Part shown: in pieces, positions 8,349-14,565 of the stretch
Layout of the letters: every line of letters begins with the position of its first letter
Position numbering within the stretch: position 1 is the first letter of the stretch
Origin: an uncultured Alcaligenaceae bacterium
Lineage (GTDB): Bacteria; Planctomycetota; Planctomycetia; Gemmatales; Gemmataceae
Assembly (NCBI GenBank): GCA_964471755.1
Contig: CAYYJM010000097.1
Span: forward strand, 1-14,565
DNA length: 14,565 bases
Reading direction: 5' to 3'
The notes under the pieces: model-generated
What the model saw: the letters and a program-made list of their open reading frames with translations, nothing else
What the model was told of the DNA's origin: nothing
Databases searched by the model: none
Position numbers and translations under genes: made by a program

Positions 8349-9322
8349 GACCCGCCTTTCTTGATCGGCTCCGGCGCGGGCGGCGTCGGCGGCTCGGTCA
8401 GCGTCTTGAAGCGTTTGGTCGAGAGCAGCAGGACCGACTTGCCGGTCGAGAGGAGGCTCTTGAGGTCTTCGAGTTCCTTGAGGAAGGCGTAGAACTCGGG
8501 TCGGCGGAGCTGCGTCTCGTTGAGGATACGGTCGGCGGTGGCATCGGCCTTGCCGCGAGCGGCGATGGCCTGGCCCTCGGCGTCGGCCTTGAGCTTGCCG
8601 ACTTCCAGTTCGGTCTCGCTGCGGATGTTCGCGGCCAGGCGTTCGCCGCGGCTCTCGTACTCGGCCGCCTTGCGATCGCGTTCGCTGATGATCCGCTCGA
8701 AGATGGCCGGCCGAACCGCGGGCGGATGGTTCGACCGCCGGAGCCGGACATCGACGACCTCGATGCCGTACTCGGTCCTGGCTCGCTCGCGCAGTCCGGG
8801 GCCGCCGGCCGATGGCTGATCGAGCAGCGTCTGGCGAAGGCGATCGCGTTCGCGATCGACCTTGCCGGGTTCGGTGCTGATGAGGTCGGCGAGTTCCATC
8901 CGGCCGATGGCGGCACCGAGTGCGTTGTTGATGTCACGATCGAGCAGGGCCTGGGCTCCGGTGACGGTGCCGACCTTGCGGATAAAGCGATCGACGTCGT
9001 CGCGGGTGGCGATCCGCCAGCAGACGTAGGCGTCGATGGTGAGGGTCTGATCGATGGTGCCGCGCTCCCGATCACGGGTGAGCAGCTCGGCTCCGGGCAG
9101 GTCGAGGTACTGCAGTCGGCGGTCGATGCGCTGGACGCTCTCGATGGGCCAGGGCCATTTCAGGTGGAGGCCGGCGTCGCTGGACTCGCTCCCGTCGTAG
9201 GTCGCGACGTGAGCGCCGAACTGTGTGCGATAGACGAACTCGCCGGCGTCCACGGTGAACAGCGACGAGCGCACCAGGGCGATGAGGAGAATGAGGCCGA
9301 AGATTCCGAGTAGCGTTCGCAT
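8345..9322 (-). CDS. hflC: HflC-like SPFH/band-7 membrane protein
   Basis: 325 aa. TM helix (LLGIFGLILLIALV) then FTVDAGEFVYRTQFGA...GLHLKWPWPIESV, GIEVVDVRLRRSNHPPAV, and C-terminal RPEFYAFLKELE, matching E. coli HflC (FVVKEGERGITLRFGK; GIEVVDVRIKQINLP; DPDFYAFIRSL). GAGGG SD 8 nt upstream of ATG. Confidence 0.85.
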   Translation of the reverse strand: MRTLLGIFGLILLIALVRSSLFTVDAGEFVYRTQFGAHVATYDGSESSDAGLHLKWPWPIESVQRIDRRLQYLDLPGAELLTRDRERGTIDQTLTIDAYVCWRIATRDDVDRFIRKVGTVTGAQALLDRDINNALGAAIGRMELADLISTEPGKVDRERDRLRQTLLDQPSAGGPGLRERARTEYGIEVVDVRLRRSNHPPAVRPAIFERIISERDRKAAEYESRGERLAANIRSETELEVGKLKADAEGQAIAARGKADATADRILNETQLRRPEFYAFLKELEDLKSLLSTGKSVLLLSTKRFKTLTEPPTPPAPEPIKKGGS

Positions 9323-9334
9323 GGACAGATTCCC

Positions 9335-10039
9335 TCACGCGATCCACAAATCGCTGCACGCCTGCTCGCAGCTCTGCTCCAGATTCAACGGCACAACCTG
9401 ATCCTCGCTCAACCACAGCGGCAGCGTCGGCAGCGGTTGACCGACGTTCAGGGCGTGCGACCAGGCTTCCAGCAGTGTCCGCTTGCCGCGCCGGACCCAT
9501 CGACACGACGCGGCGTAAATATCCGGGGGCGGATCGCCGTGCGACGGGTCAGCGTGCCCGAGGAAGGCGAGCAACTCGACGTACAGGTTGAACTGCCGCA
9601 CGGTCACCAGATCGACGATGCTCACGGCGACGCCCTTCTGGAGCAGAGCGGCACACTTGGCGACGAAGACGTTGCGATGCTCGGGTCGGTCCAGGTTCGC
9701 GGGGCTGACGATCTCGATGGCGGCGACCAGAAGCCGGCTGCGGGTAGCGTCGAACACACGCACGCCATACTCGTCGTAGATGGGCAGCGTCGTCTCGACG
9801 CACAGACTGGGGGGCGTCGGTGCCCAGTCTGCCGCGCTGGTGTCGGTCTCATCGACCGGCTCGACCTGCGAGATGGCGTTCTCCCGGTGGAACCCGGAAT
9901 GCACCCGTGGCTCCGCGACGTGGCCAGACGGAAGTCGTTTCCGCAACTGCTGGACGATGACCGCAGGCCAGCCTCCAAAGAAGCCCTCCCACGAAGCGAT
10001 CGTGTCCACCGGCGGTCGGAAGTGATCGCGTAGCGGCAT
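9335..10039 (-). CDS. DUF4058 / Uma2-like (PD-(D/E)XK-fold) family protein
   Basis: 234 aa. Core block LLVAAIEIVSPANLDRPEHRNVFVAKCAALLQKGVAVSIVDLVTV resembles the DUF4058/Uma2 consensus (D...IEVLSP.NK...gR..Y..K......g..L.EIDLL). Strong GGAGGAG SD 9 nt upstream of ATG, located inside the 3' end of the ATPase gene; ATG lies 3 nt after the ATPase stop. Confidence 0.6.
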   Translation of the reverse strand: MPLRDHFRPPVDTIASWEGFFGGWPAVIVQQLRKRLPSGHVAEPRVHSGFHRENAISQVEPVDETDTSAADWAPTPPSLCVETTLPIYDEYGVRVFDATRSRLLVAAIEIVSPANLDRPEHRNVFVAKCAALLQKGVAVSIVDLVTVRQFNLYVELLAFLGHADPSHGDPPPDIYAASCRWVRRGKRTLLEAWSHALNVGQPLPTLPLWLSEDQVVPLNLEQSCEQACSDLWIA

Positions 10040-10042
10040 GGC

Positions 10043-13000
10043 TCACGGCTCCTCCGGCCGACGCGGCAACGACGGCATCACCGGCCGACGATCGAACGAG
10101 TCACCGCCCGGCAGCAGGCCCTTGCGCTGCTCGCCCAGGATCATCCAGAGTTGCAGCCAGCCCGGCAGGGCCACGTCGTCGATCAGAAACTTCTCGCGCA
10201 AGGCCAGGGCCGACGCGATCGCCTCGGACGCCAGTCGGAACTCCGTCAGGTACGCCTGCTGCTCCAGTCGATGCCGACGAGCCTCCTGCAACCACGACCA
10301 CGCCGCCTCCGGCTTCTCTCCGCCATCGACTCGAGCCCCGGCGGCCAGGAACAGGCCAACCTCGCTCGTCCACGATAGTGTCGATCGACTGTCATCGCGA
10401 CCGAAAAAGACCGTCTGCCGAGCCCGGGCCAGTCGCTCCTTCTCGTAGCTCTGCACCACGGCCTCGCTCACCCGCCGCAGCGAGCGGCCAAACTGGTCGG
10501 CCAGGTTGCGCGTCCGGGCGGCCTCCGCCTCGTTCTTCCGACGGTCGGCCCGCTCCATCGCCACGGCCACTCGATGGTACGCGCCAACCACCTCCGGCGG
10601 CGGATGCAGATCGTGCAGCGCCAGCCCCGTCACCTCCAGGCCAAGACCCGGCGAGCCAAACTCCGCCAGCCGGCCCTGAAGCCGGGTCAGGGCTTCGCCC
10701 TGGAACTCGCGACGATCCTGTGTCAGCAGACTCTCGAACGACCGACCAGCAACCAGCTCGCGGAAGACCGCCTCGGCACTGCCACGAACGACCGCCTCCG
10801 GATCGCCCACGTCGAACAGGTAGACACGCGGCTCCGTGATCCGGTAACGGATGGCCGCCTGGACCTCGATCAGGTTGCCGTCGCCCGTGATCATGACGGC
10901 CTCGTCCGGCAGCAGACGAATGCCCTCGCCGGAATGACCACTACTCCACGAACGGCCGTCGGCCAGGCCCCCCTCGGGGCGATCGACCCGGTAGCCGATC
11001 GCCACCGAGCGGATGCGATCGGGCTGCACCCGACGAACCGTCTCGATCGGCCAGGGCCAGCGCCAGTGCAGGCCCGGCGACAGGTCGGCGACCGGCTTGC
11101 CGAAACGCTGCACGATGCCGACCTCGTCGGACTGGATCGCGGTCAGACCCCAGAGCGGATAGATGACCAGCAGAAGCAGACCCAGCGTCGCCAGGATCGG
11201 CCGCCAGTGGTGCGTCACCCAGTGCAGGCCCTCTTCGAGGTTGAGGTACTTCTCCGTCCAGTCATTGACACCGGTCAGCCAGTGGCGGAAGCCGGCGTAC
11301 GTCCGGCTCTCCGGCTTCTCGAACCAGAGCAGCCGCATCGCGTTGAGCAGCACCGCGAGCGAGCCGAGTTGGTGGTAGAGGACGGCGGCCAGCGGCGACT
11401 GCTCGTACCAGGCCGCCGGAGCGAACAGCGGCCAGAGCCAGGAGGTCAGGACGACGCCGACGACGTTGACGACGATCGCGAACCAGAAGATGTTCTGGCC
11501 GATGATGGCGACCGTCTGCCGGGACAGCCGCACGAGCAGCGGCAGGTGACGGAGCGGATCACCCATGCAGACGACATCGCCGGTCTCGGCGGCGATGTCA
11601 GTGCCGGTGCCGCCGATGGCCAGGCCGACCGTGGCACGGGCCAGGGCCGGGGCGTCGTTGATGCCATCGCCGACCATCGCGACGCGCTTGCCCTCGGCCT
11701 CCCACGCCGCGACGAACTCGGCCTTCTGCGTGGGGAGAAGTTCGGCATGAACCTCGGCCAGGCCGAGCTGATCGGCGACGTTCCGGGCGACGGCAGCGCG
11801 GTCGCCGGTTAGCATGGCGACGCGGCCGATGCCCAGGCCGCGCAGTTCGGAGAGAACGTCGCTCGCCTCGTCGCGGACCCGGTCGCGGACGCCGAGGACG
11901 GCGATGACGTGCAGATCGCCAGGAATGCCAGGAGCCGGCTCACTCGTGGAGGCACCGCCGGGCTGGGCCTGGATCTGGGCCGACGTGGTCGGCTCGGCGA
12001 TGCTGCCCCGTGCCAGGAGCAGGGCCGTCTGACCGGCGGCGTCGAGTTCCCCCAGGGTCTTCAGGACCGCCTCGGGAAGAGCGACACCGAGTTCCTCCAG
12101 GAGCCGACGATTGCCGACGAGCAGGGTCGCCTCGCCAGCGACGGCCAGGATGCCGAGACCGGGATACGCCTGGAAGCGTTCGACCGTCGGCAGATCGAGG
12201 CCGCGCTTGCGCGCCTCGCCGACGAGCAGTTCGGCGAGAAGATGCTCGCTGCGCTGCTCGGCCGTCGCCGCCCAGGCGAGGAGTTCGGTTTCGGAATGCC
12301 CGCCCACCGGGACGATGCGGGCGAGTTCGAGCCGGCCCGCCGTCAGGGTGCCGGTCTTGTCGAAGGCGAAGGCATCGACCGTGGCGAGGCGTTCGAGGGC
12401 GGCCCCGCTCTTGATCAGGATGCCGGTGCCGGCGAGCCGTCCCAGCGCGGCGATGACGGCCGCTGGCGTCGCCAGGATCAGGGCACACGGGCAGGCGACG
12501 ACCAGGACCGACAGGGCCGGATAGGCGGCGATGCGGATCGCCTGCATCAGGGTGAAGCGCAGGCCCTCGCCGGGTCGGGTCCAGCCGCTCCAGACGGCGT
12601 AGACGCCGACGAGAAACGTCACCAGGGCCAGGCCGAGAACGATCGGCAGGAACCAGCGTGCGAGCCGGTCGGCGGTGCGTTCCAGTGGGGCCTTGTTCTG
12701 CAAGGCCCGGGCGGTCCACTCGACGACCTGGCCGGCGACGGTATGCTCGGCGACCCGGCGGGCCTCGATCGTCAGGGCACCGGTCTGGTTGAGGCAACCG
12801 GCCAGGATCTCGTCGCCGGGACCGCGATCGACCGGCAGACTCTCGCCGGTCAGGGCGCTGGTATCGACGGACGATCGACCGTCACGGACGACGCCATCGC
12901 AGGGAATCCGACCGCCCGGCTTGACGACGACCACGTCGCCGACCTGAAGCTCGGCAATGAGGATGCGCTCCTCCTGCCCGTCGCGCAGACGCCAGCAGCG

Positions 13001-13501
13001 GCGCGGGAAGACCTCGGCGAGCTGGCGGATCGCATGCTGGGTTCGCTCGAAGGTGACACTCTCCAGACACTCACCGAGCATGCCGATGAAGACGATCTCG
13101 GCGGCGACGAGCGGTTCTTGCAGCAGGATGGCGGCGATGCAGGCGAGGGCCAGGGCGAGATCGGCTCCGAGTCGGCCCTGCAAGAGCGAGTCGATGGAGC
13201 CATAGAGGGCGCGAGCGCCGCCGAGGATGGCGGCGAGCAGAGCGAGACGGTAGCCGGCGTAGGTGTTGGGCCAGCTCGGCAGACCCAGGCCGAAGCCGTT
13301 GAACCTGGCGGCGACGTAGACCCACAGGTCGGCGACGATGAGCAGACCGATGAGGGCCGTCAGCAGGTAGAGCGTAAGACGGCTCTCCTGCTCCAACCGC
13401 GAATCAGCGTAGGAAATCTCGCGGTGCATGACAGATCGACCAGGAGGGAGAATCGGATCGGGCTCGACTGTCAGGCTACGGGCGATGGCGAAGTCAGTCA
13501 A
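10043..13501 (-). CDS. P1B-type (heavy-metal, CPC-motif) P-type ATPase fused in frame to an extra TM helix and a C-terminal HflK-like SPFH/band-7 domain
   Basis: 1152-aa uninterrupted ORF. ATPase motifs: TGES (A-domain), ACPCAL (TM6 CPC), DKTGTLT (phosphorylation site), SEHLLA (HP-like), MLTGD, MVGDGINDAPAL, final TM pair ending LLNAMRLL (aa ~670-725). Then linker, TM helix HWRPILATLGLLLLVIYPLW (aa ~765-784) and SPFH domain: EVGIVQRFGKPVADLSPGLHWRWPWPIETV ... GLEVTGLALHDLHPPPEVVGAYHRVAVAMERADRRKNEAEAAR (HflK-like). No N-terminal CxxC metal-binding domain. Start is TTG per the ORF track; an alternative ATG sits at aa 25 (nt 13429). Confidence 0.85.
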   Translation of the reverse strand: MTDFAIARSLTVEPDPILPPGRSVMHREISYADSRLEQESRLTLYLLTALIGLLIVADLWVYVAARFNGFGLGLPSWPNTYAGYRLALLAAILGGARALYGSIDSLLQGRLGADLALALACIAAILLQEPLVAAEIVFIGMLGECLESVTFERTQHAIRQLAEVFPRRCWRLRDGQEERILIAELQVGDVVVVKPGGRIPCDGVVRDGRSSVDTSALTGESLPVDRGPGDEILAGCLNQTGALTIEARRVAEHTVAGQVVEWTARALQNKAPLERTADRLARWFLPIVLGLALVTFLVGVYAVWSGWTRPGEGLRFTLMQAIRIAAYPALSVLVVACPCALILATPAAVIAALGRLAGTGILIKSGAALERLATVDAFAFDKTGTLTAGRLELARIVPVGGHSETELLAWAATAEQRSEHLLAELLVGEARKRGLDLPTVERFQAYPGLGILAVAGEATLLVGNRRLLEELGVALPEAVLKTLGELDAAGQTALLLARGSIAEPTTSAQIQAQPGGASTSEPAPGIPGDLHVIAVLGVRDRVRDEASDVLSELRGLGIGRVAMLTGDRAAVARNVADQLGLAEVHAELLPTQKAEFVAAWEAEGKRVAMVGDGINDAPALARATVGLAIGGTGTDIAAETGDVVCMGDPLRHLPLLVRLSRQTVAIIGQNIFWFAIVVNVVGVVLTSWLWPLFAPAAWYEQSPLAAVLYHQLGSLAVLLNAMRLLWFEKPESRTYAGFRHWLTGVNDWTEKYLNLEEGLHWVTHHWRPILATLGLLLLVIYPLWGLTAIQSDEVGIVQRFGKPVADLSPGLHWRWPWPIETVRRVQPDRIRSVAIGYRVDRPEGGLADGRSWSSGHSGEGIRLLPDEAVMITGDGNLIEVQAAIRYRITEPRVYLFDVGDPEAVVRGSAEAVFRELVAGRSFESLLTQDRREFQGEALTRLQGRLAEFGSPGLGLEVTGLALHDLHPPPEVVGAYHRVAVAMERADRRKNEAEAARTRNLADQFGRSLRRVSEAVVQSYEKERLARARQTVFFGRDDSRSTLSWTSEVGLFLAAGARVDGGEKPEAAWSWLQEARRHRLEQQAYLTEFRLASEAIASALALREKFLIDDVALPGWLQLWMILGEQRKGLLPGGDSFDRRPVMPSLPRRPEEP
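10046..11224 (-). other. C-terminal TM helix + SPFH/band-7 (HflK-like) domain (aa ~760-1152) of the fusion protein
   Basis: Shares the WPWPIE(S/T)V block with the adjacent HflC-like protein and the PPE(E/Q)V..A(F/Y) block with HflK. Confidence 0.75.
11312..13501 (-). other. P1B-ATPase core (aa 1-~730) of the fusion protein
   Basis: Complete set of P-type ATPase motifs; see the CDS entry. Confidence 0.8.
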
Positions 13502-13676
13502 GCCAGTGACACTCCGCAGGTGCGTGACCGTGACCTTGCGAATCGTGTGAACGCAAACAGCATTGGTGGGCCTGCGCTGTTCCGGCCTTCCGGGACGATT
13601 GGGCGTCGGTGGCGTTCCGCCGCTCCCGCCCGCCCTACATTCACTCGTGGCCTCGTCGGCGTCAAAATCGGCAAAA

Positions 13677-13713
13677 TCTTCCCAATCGCTCCATTTTTAC
13701 TATAATTCCCAGA
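13677..13713 (+). promoter_or_regulatory. Candidate sigma70-type promoter: TTCCCA (-35-like, 13679-13684), 16-nt spacer, perfect TATAAT (-10, 13701-13706)
   Basis: AT-rich island (caaaatcggcaaaatcttcccaatcgctccatttttactataattccc) in an otherwise ~70% GC context, in the intergenic region upstream of ATPase (opposite strand) and the small + ORF. The predicted TSS is ~13713, immediately at the ATG at 13715 (leaderless) or 130 nt upstream of the ATG at 13844. Confidence 0.3.
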
Positions 13714-13843
13714 GATGCGTTTCGTCGCCTTGAAACGGCGAACGGGTGAACTTGCGGATCGAGTCTGCGGCTCACTCCAGATGGTCGGAAGTCCCGGCCT
13801 CCCGGATCGGTGGTTGGAACGCGCACAGACCGGAGTCCGTGTC

Positions 13844-14011
13844 ATGGTGGAGAACCTGCGCGAATTGAAGGATCTGGACCTGGAAACGGTGGCGAGCGGC
13901 AAGTCGGCCGTGGGAGCCTACGCGGGCTCGATGTTGACCGATGGTTCGCCAGTGGGTGCGGCCGTCGGTGCGGTCGGCGGCAAGGTGGGAGGCAAACTCC
14001 TGGGATTCTGA
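13844..14011 (+). CDS. Possible small (55-aa; or 98-aa from ATG 13715) protein with Gly-zipper C-terminus ([22 protein letters not shown])
   Basis: ORF 13715..14011. The internal ATG at 13844 has GGAG 8 nt upstream (13832-13835). C-terminal GxxxG-rich segment typical of glycine-zipper small membrane/outer-membrane proteins. No homolog recognisable by eye. Confidence 0.3.
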   Translation: MVENLRELKDLDLETVASGKSAVGAYAGSMLTDGSPVGAAVGAVGGKVGGKLLGF

Positions 14012-14163
14012 GCAGGTTCAGCCAGCGACACCCGCGTTCGCCGACGGCCCGCGGGACCGCAATCAGCCGGCACAATGGCCGAATACTCGCTGGGCTCGCC
14101 TTTCGCCCCGGGCTTCCGCTACACTACTGGAAAGCCTGTCTGCCCTGGAAGTGCGAGGAAGCC

Positions 14164-14565
14164 GTGGCCATCAGTCCCGATAAAGTGTTGGCCGAGTTCA
14201 ACCAGAAACGCCAGGAGATGACCCGCCAACTCCGCGAGGTTATCGTCGGCCAGAACGAGGTCATCGAGCAGATCCTGGCCGCCATCTTTACACGCGGTCA
14301 CTGCCTGCTCATCGGCGTGCCCGGCCTGGCCAAGACGCTCATGGTCTCGTCGATCAGCCGCATTCTCGATGTCGCCTTCAAGCGCGTCCAGTTCACGCCG
14401 GACCTGATGCCCTCGGACATCACCGGCACGACGGTCCTGGAAGAACACGAGAGCGGCCGGCGCGAGTTCCGCTTCGTTCGCGGCCCGATCTTCGCCAACA
14501 TCATCCTGGCCGACGAGATCAACCGGACGCCGCCCAAGACGCAGGCCGCCCTGTTGCAGGCGATG
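14164..14565 (+). CDS. MoxR-family AAA+ ATPase (5' part; continues beyond window)
   Basis: Translation from GTG 14164 (GAGGAA SD at 14155-14160): (M)[57 protein letters not shown] (Walker A) ... [16 protein letters not shown] ... [28 protein letters not shown] (Walker B + MoxR signature). Not in the ORF track because there is no stop within the window. Confidence 0.85.
   Translation, partial: MAISPDKVLAEFNQKRQEMTRQLREVIVGQNEVIEQILAAIFTRGHCLLIGVPGLAKTLMVSSISRILDVAFKRVQFTPDLMPSDITGTTVLEEHESGRREFRFVRGPIFANIILADEINRTPPKTQAALLQAM

Noticed and set aside
10043-13501. ATPase::SPFH fusion being an artefact of the ORF finder
   Set aside because: Considered. The frame is continuous with no stop between the last ATPase TM and the SPFH domain, and the SPFH segment begins with its own TM helix as in HflK. 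An assembly frameshift cannot be excluded from sequence alone, so it is flagged for checking rather than dismissed.
10574-13705. Long + strand ORFs (10574..11812, 11909..13705 and others) antisense to the ATPase::SPFH gene
   Set aside because: Asp/Gly/Arg-rich low-complexity translations; the minus-strand frame carries every P-type ATPase and SPFH motif.
13498-13902. 134-aa minus-strand ORF in the ATPase upstream region
   Set aside because: Arg/Ser-rich translation and an implausible 4-nt overlap with the ATPase start; likely a spurious ORF in the promoter region.
1-14565. CRISPR arrays, tRNA/rRNA genes, transposases/integrases, prophage genes
   Set aside because: No short regularly spaced direct repeats, no tRNA-like cloverleaf-length conserved segments noticed, and no ORF with transposase/integrase motifs; the window is entirely dense chromosomal-type coding DNA.

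Overview
This is a very GC-rich (~68-70%) bacterial window. The gene content points to Planctomycetota, inferred from the mix of Hanks-type kinases, a DUF4058 paralog and a methanofuran/methylofuran-type MfnB homolog. Every gene is dense and well supported, and there are no rRNA/tRNA genes, CRISPR arrays or transposases. Most long ORFs on the opposite strand of real genes are Arg/Pro/Gly-rich high-GC artefacts. Ten protein-coding genes are supported. (1) A 1209-aa Ser/Thr kinase fused to a tubulin/FtsZ-superfamily GTPase domain plus a long helical tail (minus strand). (2) A divergently transcribed ASCH-domain::MfnB/DUF556-like aldolase fusion. (3) A convergent lgt (prolipoprotein diacylglyceryl transferase) with an unusually long periplasmic insertion. 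(4) A tightly coupled minus-strand operon: P1B-type heavy-metal ATPase with a C-terminal extra TM helix and HflK-like SPFH domain fused in frame -> DUF4058/Uma2-like protein -> HflC-like -> HflK-like -> MR/MLE enolase-superfamily enzyme. (5) A possible small Gly-zipper ORF behind a rare AT-rich TATAAT island. (6) The 5' part of a MoxR-type AAA+ ATPase at the right edge. The most novel-looking content is the pump::SPFH fusion sitting in an operon with HflC/HflK paralogs, which suggests a cage-enclosed metal pump module. The kinase::tubulin-like fusion is the second. A 35-bp nested inverted-repeat pair lies between the enolase gene and lgt. The ORF track uses GTG/TTG as starts, so several annotated starts (ATPase TTG, hflK GTG, enolase GTG/ATG, ASCH gene ATG vs GTG) are uncertain by up to ~25 codons.
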